DNA of 64,000 bases from Cytophagaceae bacterium. Lineage in GTDB: Bacteria > Bacteroidota > Bacteroidia > Cytophagales > Spirosomataceae. The notes under the pieces are model-generated. The model searched no databases and had not been told where the DNA came from. It saw nothing but the letters and a program-made list of their open reading frames with translations. A program made the position numbers and the translations under genes. Shown here one piece after another: positions 19,400 to 29,999 of this stretch (positions within the stretch are counted from its first letter, which is position 1; every line of letters begins with the position of its first letter). The stretch lies in the NCBI GenBank assembly GCA_947460975.1, contig CANHGO010000002.1, positions 132,427 to 196,426 on the forward strand. The letters are read 5' to 3'.

Positions 19400-21712
19400 T
19401 TAATTAACAGGTTGTTGGCTCATGGCTAAGGAATCTTGTCCTACTTTGCCGCTGCAAGTAAAATCGAACGTAAAATTATCAGGCTTTAGGAATGGCATTT
19501 TTCGGTACCCTTCTATGGCTAATGTCGCATCTGAATATACGCGCTCCATGAATTTTGCATATACGGGCATGGCCATTTTAGCGCCTTGGCCTAAGGCCAA
19601 ATTTCTAAAGTGGATACTTCGATCATCACCACCTACCCAAACTCCAGCGACAATTTTTTGAGTAACTCCCATAAACCAACCATCTGAATAATTAGATGTG
19701 GTTCCCGTTTTTGCTCCTATTTCGTTTTCGGCAACTATCGAGGTTCGCTTTAATCCCTCAGCTGTTCCACCAGGTTCGTGTACCGCACCTTGAAGCATGT
19801 AAGTCATTAAATAGGCCGTTTCAGGTTTTATTGCTGCTTTTTCTATCGCTGAAAATTCCCTTAAAACCGTACCTACTTTATCTGTAATTTTTAATACTAA
19901 AATAGGATCCGTTTTTTCCCCACCATTTGCCATCGTGCTATACCCCGTCACCTGATCTAATAATGATACTTCTGAGGCACCCAAACATAAAGAGGGCACT
20001 TCATTTAAAGGACTAGCCACCCCACATTTATGTGCAAATTCGGCAATTTTAGCGGGCCCCAATTGCTTCATTAGCTTAGCCGAAATAGAATTGATCGACA
20101 ATCCCATCGCTCGGCGCATCTTTAAATTTTCATAGGAGAATTTACCATCCGAATTTTGTGGTGTCCAAGTGCTCCCCGTTAAACCATCTTCTTCACCAAA
20201 GGTCACCGGCTCGTCCACCAGCTCATCGCATGGATTAATGATTTCATTTTCTATCGCGGCTCCATACACAAATGGCTTGAAGGTAGAACCCGGTTGGCGC
20301 CTACTTTGTGAAATATGATCAAACTTGAAATACTTATAATTAATTCCACCGATCCACGCTTTTACGTGGCCATTGGTAGGATCCATGGCCATAAATCCAC
20401 AGTTTAAAATCTTTTTATAATAGCGCAAGGAATCCATGGAACTGAAAGTGGTGTCAATATCTCCTTGGTAAGAAAAAACGGTCATTTTAATGGGTTTATT
20501 CAATTCCTCCCACACTTTAAATTCGTCATTTTCATAGGCAGTCATTAAATCTCGATACCGTTGCGTACGCTTCATAGCATCTTTTAAAAAGCCTTTAATT
20601 TCTTTCATCTCTTCATTCACCCAGGGGTTTCGACCTTGCCAATGCGAGTAAAATAATTTTTGTTCCGCCTGCATATGTTCTCTGACGGACTCCTCTGCAT
20701 ATTTCTGCATCCTAGAATCAATGCTCGTGTAAATCCGCAATCCGCTCGTGTATAAATTCAGTTGCTGATCTTCTGGCCTATCTTTATTAATCTCTTTTAA
20801 AGTGGCTAAAACTTGTGTTCTAATGGCCTCTCTAAAATAAGGAGCGGCTCCTGTATTTTGATTTTCTACTTTATAATGAAGATTTAATGGGGCTTCCCTC
20901 ATTTTTAATAAATCATCCTCAGTAAGAAACTCATATTTCTCTAATTGACCTAAGACCGTATTTCTTCTTTCAATCGTCTTTTCAGGTCTTACGCGTGGAT
21001 CATATAGGGACGGATTTTGAAGTAGGCCAATCAAAGTTGCCGCCTCAGGCAGTGTGATATCTTTTAAATCTTTTTGAAAATAAGTCCGACAAGCCACTTG
21101 GATTCCGTACGCATTATTACCAAAACTGACCTCATTTAAATACATAGCCATGATTTCTTGTTTGGTATACCTTCTTTCGAGGCGTATGGCCAATATCCAT
21201 TCTTTGACTTTGGCGATGACCGTTCGCAAACCATCTACTTTCATTAGCAGGCCTATGTATACCGGATCGTCTTCTCCAAATTCCATAGACCGAGTATTAA
21301 ATAAATTTTTAGCTAATTGTTGGGTTATCGTACTTCCCCCGCCAGCAGTTCCCAGTGAAAACACCACCCGAAACATAGATCTTAAATCAATTCCTGAATG
21401 CGAAGTAAAACGCGCATCTTCAGTGGAAATTAGCGTATTTACGATGTTTAAGGGGAGTTGTTCGAATTCCAACGGGTTTCGATTCTCCCGAAAATACTTC
21501 CCTATTTCTTGGCCATCTTCTGATATAATTAAGGAAGCTGCTTGGCTTTTCGGGTTTTCCAATTCCTGTAAACTAGGCATTCCGCCAAATAACCAAAGGA
21601 AATTAAAGTTGACAGCCAACACAAACAAGATCCCGGCAACGGTCCCTATCATAAAAAACTTATATAGGAATCGGATGATTTTACTGTATTTACCTTGATC
21701 TGTTTCGAGCAT
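19400..21712 (-). CDS. mrcA: Class A penicillin-binding protein 1A
   Basis: Transglycosylase motifs EDARF..H.G and GGSTITQQLAKNL; transpeptidase motifs STFK, SIN and KTGT. Confidence 0.9.
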   Translation of the reverse strand: MLETDQGKYSKIIRFLYKFFMIGTVAGILFVLAVNFNFLWLFGGMPSLQELENPKSQAASLIISEDGQEIGKYFRENRNPLEFEQLPLNIVNTLISTEDARFTSHSGIDLRSMFRVVFSLGTAGGGSTITQQLAKNLFNTRSMEFGEDDPVYIGLLMKVDGLRTVIAKVKEWILAIRLERRYTKQEIMAMYLNEVSFGNNAYGIQVACRTYFQKDLKDITLPEAATLIGLLQNPSLYDPRVRPEKTIERRNTVLGQLEKYEFLTEDDLLKMREAPLNLHYKVENQNTGAAPYFREAIRTQVLATLKEINKDRPEDQQLNLYTSGLRIYTSIDSRMQKYAEESVREHMQAEQKLFYSHWQGRNPWVNEEMKEIKGFLKDAMKRTQRYRDLMTAYENDEFKVWEELNKPIKMTVFSYQGDIDTTFSSMDSLRYYKKILNCGFMAMDPTNGHVKAWIGGINYKYFKFDHISQSRRQPGSTFKPFVYGAAIENEIINPCDELVDEPVTFGEEDGLTGSTWTPQNSDGKFSYENLKMRRAMGLSINSISAKLMKQLGPAKIAEFAHKCGVASPLNEVPSLCLGASEVSLLDQVTGYSTMANGGEKTDPILVLKITDKVGTVLREFSAIEKAAIKPETAYLMTYMLQGAVHEPGGTAEGLKRTSIVAENEIGAKTGTTSNYSDGWFMGVTQKIVAGVWVGGDDRSIHFRNLALGQGAKMAMPVYAKFMERVYSDATLAIEGYRKMPFLKPDNFTFDFTCSGKVGQDSLAMSQQPVN

Positions 21713-21714
21713 TG

Positions 21715-23814
21715 TTAACGGATGTTTTGGTTTAATGCTTTTAAAAGCGCATCTGCTTCAAGTTTTAATGGACTTTGCGGATAGATTTGAATGAATTTTT
21801 TCAATTGCATGGAATATTCGCTAATATCCTTAATTCCACCTTTACAAAGCGCCATTAAAAATACAATTTTATCTTCCAATTTACTATTTGGATAATTATT
21901 TTGAATATTTTGACAACTTGAATAGCAGCTGTCAAAATCTCTGGCCACATATAAATAATAAGCCTTTTCGTATGCTTTTTGTGCCTCTTCTTCCTTGTTT
22001 AGACTCAGATTTCCCGTTTCTAATTTTAAAATCAATTGCCTGAAATACGAATCAGGAAATCTTTCTGCTAGTTTTTCTCGGTAAAGCTTTTTTTCATTCG
22101 AGCTCGTTAAATAGAGTAAATACAAGCTTTCCGCTTCAAATTCAGTACTGGGAAATCGATTTAATAAGTTGAGCAAATTGGCTTTAGCCAATTCATCTAT
22201 ACCAATTTCTAATTTTGTAAACTTGGCAAGTTTAAACAGGGATTGCTCAATTCTTTTATTCGAATTCGTGATTTGAAGGGGCTCTCTGGGAAGGGTAGCC
22301 AACCATTTTTGCAAGGAATCCTCAGAAACAGCGGAGTTTGAATCGGGGGTATTTGATTTTTTTACCTCAGCGATCGACGAAGAAACAATTTCTGATCCGG
22401 TACTCGCATTCTTATTTTTCCGATTCCAAAAGTCTTCCAAAGCCCTATTTCCCCACTTGAAATTGAATTCTTGTGAGCCTTGAATCCTGGCCATGTCGTT
22501 GTAAAAATAAAAGCTTTGTTGTTCAGGGCTTGTTGGTCTTCTCGTGTAAGTAGCAATTGTATTGGACTTTACCTCTGTTTTTTTCTGGAGCGAATCTGAT
22601 TTTTTTGCTTTAGCCAGCATGTATTTTTGATACATTTGACTTAACTCCTCGGTTGATTTTTTGCCCATGATTTGCAAAGAATCTTCCACGATGATGACGT
22701 TGTTTAATTGGTTAAAATTGGCCCAATTTTTCTTTAATTTTTGAGCGGAATTAAATTCGATATGCGAGGATGGTAAAAACGTAGCCGCACTATCAAAGTA
22801 TAAGGCAGCTTCTGGGTATCGTTTCAGGGGACTCACAAATAATTGACCCAATTTTAAAAACAACTCCCCTTTGTTCGGATTGTTGTTGCTAGCCTTCGAC
22901 CAATATTCCCTCGCTTTCTCAAAGTCTTTATTGGCATAACTGATTTGACCCAAAGCCAAGTAGATCTCAGATTGCTTGTCGAGATTTTTCGGTTCCTTGA
23001 GCATTTTCTCTAGATCGCCTACTTGACCCGTTAGTTTTTTACTCGCGATTTGCGCATTTAATAGAAGCTCATAGGTGGGCTTATTATTTTTTACTTGATT
23101 GAAGTTTTCTTGGGCTAAGCTATTTTTCCCTTGTGATTGAAATAATTGGCCTAGCACAAAATGCAAGCGGGCTTTTTGAATCTTAGATTTGATATGCGAT
23201 ATTTCTTCATTCAGTAGCGCAACTGCAATGGGAATCTCATTTTTTACTTGGTGATAATAGGCCTTATTTAAAATAAAATCAGTTTTCTGGGTAGCGTTTA
23301 AAGGAACATCTTTGATGAAATTCTCTACGTTTAAGGCCGATTCGAAATCTTTTTGGTCAATGTATATTTGGTACAAATAAATTAAGGCACTCGCTTGAGT
23401 TATTTCATCATGGTCGATCGAGTTAATGTATTTGAAGGTCTCGGTCGCATTTTTAATGTCCCCTTTGATAAGTCGGCCTTTACCTATGATGAGGTAGGCG
23501 TCATCGATAAACTTGGAATTTTGGTGTCGGTCTATCACCAAGGAGGCTTTCCTGATCAAGTTCCCAATTTCGTTGCTATGCGCTTGTCCAAAACTTGAAT
23601 CAATCGGTGGAAATATGCCCAAGAGGAGGGAATAATTTTCATTTCTTTCTTCCCAGGATTTTGTTACTAGCTCTTTGTATACTCGATCCGCTTGCCAAAT
23701 GGCATTGTATTTTGCATTGATATTATGAAATGCCTTTGCTGCCGGACGCGTGCTTTGTTGGGAACAAGCCCACGTAGCCATGACTAAAAAAACGAAGATG
23801 AATATTCTCGGCAT
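21715..23814 (-). CDS. porW: Type IX secretion/gliding lipoprotein PorW/SprE
   Basis: Lipobox (ATWAC), FHNINAKYNA, SKFIDDAY, FYFYN...G...F..KWGNRALEDFW and TPR repeats. Confidence 0.8.
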   Translation of the reverse strand: MPRIFIFVFLVMATWACSQQSTRPAAKAFHNINAKYNAIWQADRVYKELVTKSWEERNENYSLLLGIFPPIDSSFGQAHSNEIGNLIRKASLVIDRHQNSKFIDDAYLIIGKGRLIKGDIKNATETFKYINSIDHDEITQASALIYLYQIYIDQKDFESALNVENFIKDVPLNATQKTDFILNKAYYHQVKNEIPIAVALLNEEISHIKSKIQKARLHFVLGQLFQSQGKNSLAQENFNQVKNNKPTYELLLNAQIASKKLTGQVGDLEKMLKEPKNLDKQSEIYLALGQISYANKDFEKAREYWSKASNNNPNKGELFLKLGQLFVSPLKRYPEAALYFDSAATFLPSSHIEFNSAQKLKKNWANFNQLNNVIIVEDSLQIMGKKSTEELSQMYQKYMLAKAKKSDSLQKKTEVKSNTIATYTRRPTSPEQQSFYFYNDMARIQGSQEFNFKWGNRALEDFWNRKNKNASTGSEIVSSSIAEVKKSNTPDSNSAVSEDSLQKWLATLPREPLQITNSNKRIEQSLFKLAKFTKLEIGIDELAKANLLNLLNRFPSTEFEAESLYLLYLTSSNEKKLYREKLAERFPDSYFRQLILKLETGNLSLNKEEEAQKAYEKAYYLYVARDFDSCYSSCQNIQNNYPNSKLEDKIVFLMALCKGGIKDISEYSMQLKKFIQIYPQSPLKLEADALLKALNQNIR

Positions 23815-23835
23815 TTGAACCCGTTAAACAATTTT

Positions 23836-23843
23836 CAAATTTA
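23836..23843 (-). promoter_or_regulatory. -7 promoter box for porW-mrcA
   Basis: TAAATTTG on the minus strand, 21 nt upstream of the porW start. Confidence 0.55.
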
Positions 23844-23938
23844 CAATTATAAATATGAAACGGAGCAAATTATACCCGAATCAGTGACAAATTTTCAAAA
23901 TTTTAATATATTGAACTTTACAATTTAAACCCATTCAC

Positions 23939-24124
23939 ATGCAACCTTATCAGCGATTTATTGGAGCAGCTTTTCAGATGTTGGTGACCATTTTATTGGG
24001 TGTTTGGTTGGGTCAATATTTGGATGGGTATTTCGCTTTGCGGCAGCCTTGGTGCACCATTGGATTTTCGTTGGGATCCATCGCCATTTCTTTATATGCT
24101 TTGATTAAAAGCCTACCCAAATAA
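23939..24124 (+). CDS. AtpZ/AtpI-family small membrane protein
   Basis: 61 aa, 2 TM helices, pattern Y..F.G.AFQM...I.LG.WLG..LD typical of ATPase gene-1 proteins. Confidence 0.8.
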   Translation: MQPYQRFIGAAFQMLVTILLGVWLGQYLDGYFALRQPWCTIGFSLGSIAISLYALIKSLPK

Positions 24125-24174
24125 ATCACAATATTTCCGTAAATTGCTTTACCGTACCCTTAACTAATTTTTAC

Positions 24175-26034
24175 GTGCCAGAAGGTCGCCGACTTATCAT
24201 TTTTTTATTTTTCCTTTTGATTGGGCTTATATTCATAGGTAAAACGTTTTATCTTCAGATATTTGACTCAACCTATGAAAAAGCGGCAGATAATAATGCC
24301 ATTCGGAAGATCATCCAAGTGCCATTTAGGGGGGAAGTGTATGATCGTTTTGGGAAGTTGATCGTTTACAATACTCCAGTGTACGATTTATACATCACCC
24401 CTAGAAAAGCCGTCGTAAAAGATACCAATCGTTTTTGCGAATTATTTGGTATCACCAAAGGTCGTTTTGATACGCTGACCAAAGAAGCGTGGGCTTATTC
24501 CCGCGTCAAACCTTCGCTATTTTTGAAGCATTTATCTAAGGAGGATTTTGCTAAAATTCAAGATGCTTTGGTTGATTATCCGGGTTTTTCTATTTCGACA
24601 ACCGCCTTTCGAACCTATCAATCCAAGGCGCTCTCAAACGCGCTTGGCTATGTAGCGGAAATCAACACAAATTCGCTATCGGATCAAAAGGATGATTATT
24701 ATCGACAAGGTGATTATGTGGGAATTTCGGGCTTGGAGGCTTTTTATGAAGAGGCACTTCGGGGCCAAAGAGGGGTAAAATATCGAATGGTGAACAGCAA
24801 TGGGGTGGAAAAGGGGGAATATCGACACGGTGATTTGGATGTCAGTTCGGTTGCCGGACAAAATTTATTTACGAGTGTTGACATCCGACTGCAAGAATAT
24901 GCAGACAGTTTAATGATGCATAAAGTAGGAAGTGTAGTGGCCATTGAACCTTCTACGGGTGAGATTTTGAGCATGGTATCCGCTCCGTCCTATGATCCCA
25001 GTTTATTAGCCGGTAGAAATTTTTCTAAGTATTATCAAATATTGGCCCTAGATCCTTTAAAACCATTAATCAATCGACCACCGTCGGCTTATTATCGGCC
25101 CGGTTCTACCTTTAAAATTGTGCAGGCATTGGTCGGATTGCAGTTGGGCATTTTAACTCCAGGATCCGTTTTCACTCATGCAGGTGCCCCCGTTAAATGT
25201 CACGTACACAACACCTCACACAATGATTTACATAACGCGATTCAGTGGTCTTGCAATCCCTATTTTTATCATGCATTTCGTAAAATCTTATATGATAATA
25301 CGCAAGGTGATACGTTTGAAAGGTCTGCGCAGGGACTCCAACGATGGTCCGAATTAGTGGCTAATTTTGGTTTTGGTCGGAAATTGGGGGTTGATTTGGG
25401 AAATGAGAAAAAGGGTAATCTCCCTAATGTCGAGTATTATAACAAGGTTTATAAGGGGGAAAATACGTGGAAATTTTCCAATATATATTCCTTGAGTATC
25501 GGAGAAGGAGAGTTAGTGGTTAGTCCATTGAAGATGGCTAATTTCGCTGCGATTATTGCCAATAAGGGTTGGTATATACCTCCGCATCTAGTGAAGGGCG
25601 TAGGGGATAAAAAGACGATTGACACTTTTTATAAAACGCCCGTGTCGGTGGGCATCGATGCCAAACATTTTAATGTCGTCCATGAAGGCATGCGTGATGC
25701 GGTTTTACATGGCACAGTGGGGAGGGAGGGGAAAATTCCTGATATTGTCATGTGTGGAAAAACGGGTACCTCTCAAAATCAAAAGGGCAAAGACCATTCT
25801 GTTTTTATCGCTTTTGCGCCTAAAGATAATCCCAAGATAGCCATTGCCGTATTTGTCGAAAATGCTGGGTTTGGAGGTTTTGCGGCAGCTCCTATCGCCT
25901 CTTTAATTATTGAAAAATATTTAAAAGGCCGTGTGGAGAGAAAAGATATTGAGACTAAATTTATGAACATGAGCTATTTGGCGAATGTAACGTATAATCG
26001 TAAAATTGTTAAAAAGGATTCATTAAAACGATGA
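24175..26034 (+). CDS. mrdA: Penicillin-binding protein 2
   Basis: N-terminal TM, RGEVYDR.G, PGSTFK, SCN and GKTGT motifs; overlaps rodA. Confidence 0.95.
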   Translation: MPEGRRLIIFLFFLLIGLIFIGKTFYLQIFDSTYEKAADNNAIRKIIQVPFRGEVYDRFGKLIVYNTPVYDLYITPRKAVVKDTNRFCELFGITKGRFDTLTKEAWAYSRVKPSLFLKHLSKEDFAKIQDALVDYPGFSISTTAFRTYQSKALSNALGYVAEINTNSLSDQKDDYYRQGDYVGISGLEAFYEEALRGQRGVKYRMVNSNGVEKGEYRHGDLDVSSVAGQNLFTSVDIRLQEYADSLMMHKVGSVVAIEPSTGEILSMVSAPSYDPSLLAGRNFSKYYQILALDPLKPLINRPPSAYYRPGSTFKIVQALVGLQLGILTPGSVFTHAGAPVKCHVHNTSHNDLHNAIQWSCNPYFYHAFRKILYDNTQGDTFERSAQGLQRWSELVANFGFGRKLGVDLGNEKKGNLPNVEYYNKVYKGENTWKFSNIYSLSIGEGELVVSPLKMANFAAIIANKGWYIPPHLVKGVGDKKTIDTFYKTPVSVGIDAKHFNVVHEGMRDAVLHGTVGREGKIPDIVMCGKTGTSQNQKGKDHSVFIAFAPKDNPKIAIAVFVENAGFGGFAAAPIASLIIEKYLKGRVERKDIETKFMNMSYLANVTYNRKIVKKDSLKR

Positions 26035-27320
26035 GCCAAGAATCAAACCAGATCGGGAAATTAGATTGGATATCAGTCGGCCTATACGCACTTTTTGTGT
26101 TATTAGGCTGGATGAGTATTTACTCAGCCGTCTATAATCCTGAAGCTCCTTTGTGGATTTTTGATGAGGCATTTTATACGAGCAATGCGGGGCGCCAATT
26201 AATTTGGATTGGCACATCGCTAGTCTTAATTATGTTCATATTCGCCTTAGATTTCAGGTTTTTTGAATCTTTTGCGGTGTTTATTTACGTAGCATTTATG
26301 TTGGCACTGATCGCCGTTCCGTTCTTAGGTGTGACGATTAATGGATCACATTCTTGGTTTAAGCTAGGTGGGATTACGATTCAGCCAGCAGAGTTTGCCA
26401 AAACGGCCACAGCACTATTGTTGGCCAAATATCTGAATGATCCTCAAGTAAATCTAACCAAATGGACGAACCAATGGAGATCTGCACTGATCATTGCTTT
26501 GCCCATGTTATTGATTATTGGCTCTAATGAAACAGGCTCTGCCTTGGTTTTTGCCTCATTTATTATTCTTTTATACCGGGAAGGTTTGCCCGGTGAATAT
26601 CCTGGATTATTGATTGCCTTAATCGTGCTTTTTGTCAGCTCGCTTTTGCTAAGTCCTTTGACTATTTTTATTTGCCTTTTAGTTATGGCAAGTCTTTTCG
26701 TCATTATTCTGCCGATTTACCAAAGACGTTTGCCTCAAACCTATGTTCGAATCGCTGGGGCTATTGCGATTATTATGGCACTATCCACAATTGTCGATTG
26801 GGTTGTTAATCATGTTTTAAAGGAACATCAACGCAATCGAATCAAGGTTTACTTGGATCCTTCTTTTGATACCAGGGGCTTAGGATATCAAGTGACACAA
26901 TCTAAAATTGCGATTGGCTCAGGGGGATTTTGGGGCAAAGGGTATTTAGGGGGAACCCAGACTAAATTCGATTTTGTGCCTGAGCAAAGTACCGACTTTA
27001 TTTTTTGTACGATTGGTGAGGAATTTGGGTTTGTAGGGGTGATGGCGGTCATCGTGTTGTTTTTATTTTTTCTTTGGCGTTTGTTGTATCTCGCGGACCA
27101 ACAACGATCTCGGTTTGCCCGTGCGTATGGATTTGGGGTGGTTGGCATATTGTTTTTTCATTTTTTAGTTAACATTGGAATGACCATTGGATTAATGCCA
27201 ATTATGGGAATCCCGTTGCCATTTTTTAGTTATGGGGGTTCCTCACTTTGGTCATTCACTATTTTATTATTTATATTTTTAAAACTTGATGCGCATCGTT
27301 CTGACATGCTATCTAGATAA
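26031..27320 (+). CDS. rodA: Rod shape-determining protein RodA (SEDS family)
   Basis: IQPAEFAK, QSKIAIGSGG, PEQSTDFIF and LPFFSYGGSS motifs. Confidence 0.95.
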   Translation: MSQESNQIGKLDWISVGLYALFVLLGWMSIYSAVYNPEAPLWIFDEAFYTSNAGRQLIWIGTSLVLIMFIFALDFRFFESFAVFIYVAFMLALIAVPFLGVTINGSHSWFKLGGITIQPAEFAKTATALLLAKYLNDPQVNLTKWTNQWRSALIIALPMLLIIGSNETGSALVFASFIILLYREGLPGEYPGLLIALIVLFVSSLLLSPLTIFICLLVMASLFVIILPIYQRRLPQTYVRIAGAIAIIMALSTIVDWVVNHVLKEHQRNRIKVYLDPSFDTRGLGYQVTQSKIAIGSGGFWGKGYLGGTQTKFDFVPEQSTDFIFCTIGEEFGFVGVMAVIVLFLFFLWRLLYLADQQRSRFARAYGFGVVGILFFHFLVNIGMTIGLMPIMGIPLPFFSYGGSSLWSFTILLFIFLKLDAHRSDMLSR

Positions 27321-27329
27321 TATATTTCT

Positions 27330-28562
27330 ATGGAAAATCAACCATTAAGCTCCAAAGCAAAAATGCTCATTGCCGTTGCCGCACTGGGCTATTTTGTTGA
27401 CGTATACGATTTAATCCTTTTCTCTGTCGTTCGAAATCCAAGTTTAAAATCATTAGGCTTATCGGGATCTGAATTATTAGATCAAGGCCTTAACCTGATG
27501 AATATTCAAATGGGAGGGATGCTTTTAGGAGGAATTTTATGGGGTGTTTACGGAGATAAAAAGGGGCGGAAATCTGTGTTATTTGGTTCTATTTTAATGT
27601 ATTCTATTGCAAATGCGTTAAACGGATTTGTTACCGACATGAATACCTATGCTATTTTAAGGTTTATTGCCGGGATCGGTTTGGCAGGAGAATTAGGAGC
27701 GGGAATTACCTTGGTTAATGAAACTTTGCCGCCCTCAAAACGCGGGATTGGTACATTGATTATTGCCGGAGTAGGTGCTTCAGGTGCCATTGTCGCTCCC
27801 ATCGTTTCAAATTTAAGTGCGGATCCCGAGTGGTGGAGAACCTGCTATTTTATTGGCGGAGGAATGGGCCTTGCCCTTTTGCTCTTAAGGTTAGGTACTT
27901 TTGAATCTTCCATGTATCAAGATTTGGGTCAAGGCGTTAAGAAAGGAAATTTCTTCCAATTGTTTTCAAATCGAGCTACGTTCACCAAATACATGTATTG
28001 CATTATGATGGGATTGCCTATTTGGTACATCATTGGCATCCTCGTTTTTGCCTCTCCAGAAATCACGCAATCCTTCGGAATTAGTGGTCAGATCAATGGG
28101 GGAGATGCCATCATGTATTGCTATTTAGGATTGACTTTTGGGGATTTTGCTAGTGGGGCATTGAGCCAAGTATTAAAAAGTAGAAAGCAAGCCGTTTTAA
28201 TATACCTCACGCTCGTTTCATTTTTGGTCATTTATTTCTTGTATTTCCTGTCAAATATTAGTGTTTCGTTTGGGCATGTAATCATCACCGCTTTAGGATT
28301 TTTTGGCGGGTATTGGGCGGTATTTTTAACCAGCTCTTCGGAGCAATTTGGGACTAATTTACGCATGACCGTGACCACAACCGTGCCTAATTTTGTGCGT
28401 GGAGCATTAATTCCTATAACACTATTATTCAAAGCGTTGATTCCCCATTTTGGTCTTATTAATGCCGCGGCGATGGTAGGATTTGTGTGTTTTGGGATGG
28501 CATTTTGGGCGGTAACGCATTTGAAGGAGACTTTTGGTGAATCACTTGATTATGTAGAATAA
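27330..28562 (+). CDS. MFS transporter
   Basis: About 12 TM helices, GYFVDVYD, motif A G..GDKKGRK and GIGLAGELG. Confidence 0.9.
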   Translation: MENQPLSSKAKMLIAVAALGYFVDVYDLILFSVVRNPSLKSLGLSGSELLDQGLNLMNIQMGGMLLGGILWGVYGDKKGRKSVLFGSILMYSIANALNGFVTDMNTYAILRFIAGIGLAGELGAGITLVNETLPPSKRGIGTLIIAGVGASGAIVAPIVSNLSADPEWWRTCYFIGGGMGLALLLLRLGTFESSMYQDLGQGVKKGNFFQLFSNRATFTKYMYCIMMGLPIWYIIGILVFASPEITQSFGISGQINGGDAIMYCYLGLTFGDFASGALSQVLKSRKQAVLIYLTLVSFLVIYFLYFLSNISVSFGHVIITALGFFGGYWAVFLTSSSEQFGTNLRMTVTTTVPNFVRGALIPITLLFKALIPHFGLINAAAMVGFVCFGMAFWAVTHLKETFGESLDYVE

Positions 28563-29584
28563 TGGCTTTAATCACCAAGAAAAAAATCCTTTATCGAATC
28601 AATCACCAACTCCGTAGGTATTTAAAAAAATACAACCGAGAGTACACGATGAACATTAGTTATGCGGACTTATTGCGCTATGATAACGCGATTGTTTTGT
28701 ATGACAAAAATGGGGTTGACACGCTTTGGGAATCTGTGTTTTATTCGCCTGGCGATCAGGAAGGAGTTTATGAATCCCTGAAGCAGATTTATGCCGACTT
28801 AAAAACGGATGGAAACGAGGAGGTAATCAAGCACTTGGTGATTGACCGAGTGGATTTTTGTACCTATGGAAATACGCATCCTTTCCGGATCCGAATTGTT
28901 AATCGGGTCAATGATAATTTTGATTATTTCTACATTAAAATTGCCGATGCATCGCGGGTGTATGGCTTAGAATTGGAACATATTTTATCTCCCAATCGGA
29001 TCAATTACGTAACCCATGAAAATACGTTGGTGGAAGAGCATATTGCCGGGGTCCCTGGTGATATATTTCTTCAGCAGGAATTGGAGAGGGATTTGGAGGC
29101 ACCTATCCGCTTGGCAAAGGAGTTTGTTAAATTTAACGAAAGGTGTTTAGTTCAATTGTTGGGCGACATGCATAGTGCCAATTATGTGGTAATTACTACA
29201 CCTGATTTTGAGGAAATTTATTACCGCATTCGGCCGATCGATTTTGACCAACAGTGTTACGAGGGCAAGAAGTCGGTTTACCTGCCGCAGTATTTTAAAC
29301 AAAACAATCCTTTGATTGAACTTGGGATGAAGTATATGACTCCTGAGTCTGTTTGGCAATATCAAATTGAGGAACGCTCGATGATTGCAAGTCGATTAAA
29401 ATCTGAAAGCCAGCGCGTGTATGATTTGATGAATGTGATGTCAAAGGATGAGATAGCTCCGGTGGAAAATGTAGACCAACTAAAATCCGAATTGGCCAAG
29501 CACTACAATGATGATCGTTTTTTAGCCTGCCAAACCATGGGGGAAATTGTCTGGCATAGTCTGGAATTAGTAATGAGACACTAG
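28562..29584 (+). CDS. Hypothetical protein with atypical (PI3K/HipA-like) kinase motifs
   Basis: 340-aa ORF, translationally coupled (TAATG) to the MFS gene; YFYIK, GDMHSAN and IDFD motifs. The function is inferred. Confidence 0.6.
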   Translation: MALITKKKILYRINHQLRRYLKKYNREYTMNISYADLLRYDNAIVLYDKNGVDTLWESVFYSPGDQEGVYESLKQIYADLKTDGNEEVIKHLVIDRVDFCTYGNTHPFRIRIVNRVNDNFDYFYIKIADASRVYGLELEHILSPNRINYVTHENTLVEEHIAGVPGDIFLQQELERDLEAPIRLAKEFVKFNERCLVQLLGDMHSANYVVITTPDFEEIYYRIRPIDFDQQCYEGKKSVYLPQYFKQNNPLIELGMKYMTPESVWQYQIEERSMIASRLKSESQRVYDLMNVMSKDEIAPVENVDQLKSELAKHYNDDRFLACQTMGEIVWHSLELVMRH

Positions 29585-29955
29585 CCCTTTTTAAGGGAAT
29601 CAAAAGCTATCAATACAAATCCAAGGATAAATGCTAATCCACCAATAGGTGCAATGGCTCCCCAAAATAATTGCTGGCTAATGCAAATCAAATACAAAGA
29701 TCCTGGAAATACAATCGAGCCTGTGATGTGAAAATAACTGGCTATTTTCAGCATTTTACTTGGCCTAATGATTTGTAAAATACCCAATAAAATCAGAGCT
29801 AATCCTCCATACATTTGATACTGGGCAGCTGTCTCAAAAGTCTCAAGCCGATTTATATGCATTAGGTAAGGTTTCCAAGCATGAGCTCCGAAAGCCCCAA
29901 TGGCGACGGACGTTGCGGCAAAAATTGAACCTAAAAAGAGTGCTAGATTTTTCAT
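29581..29955 (-). CDS. DUF423 (YgdD/TMEM256) membrane protein
   Basis: GAFGAH, FETAAQYQMY, FPGSLY and GAIAPIGG motifs. Confidence 0.9.
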   Translation of the reverse strand: MKNLALFLGSIFAATSVAIGAFGAHAWKPYLMHINRLETFETAAQYQMYGGLALILLGILQIIRPSKMLKIASYFHITGSIVFPGSLYLICISQQLFWGAIAPIGGLAFILGFVLIAFDSLKKG

Positions 29956-29967
29956 TTTAGCGGGTAT

Positions 29968-29994
29968 AAAAAAAGCCTTTCTAGGAAAGGCTTT
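29968..29994 (-). terminator. Intrinsic terminator after atpH
   Basis: AAAGCCTTTC-TAG-GAAAGGCTTT stem with an A7 run, which is a U-tract on the minus strand. Confidence 0.8.
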
Positions 29995-29999
29995 ATGTT

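Noticed and set aside
21150-21698. 182-aa + strand ORF
   Set aside because: It lies entirely antisense to the PBP1a transglycosylase domain and has no recognisable motifs.
28562-29584. HipBA-type toxin-antitoxin module
   Set aside because: There is no adjacent HTH antitoxin gene, and the gene is coupled to a housekeeping operon.
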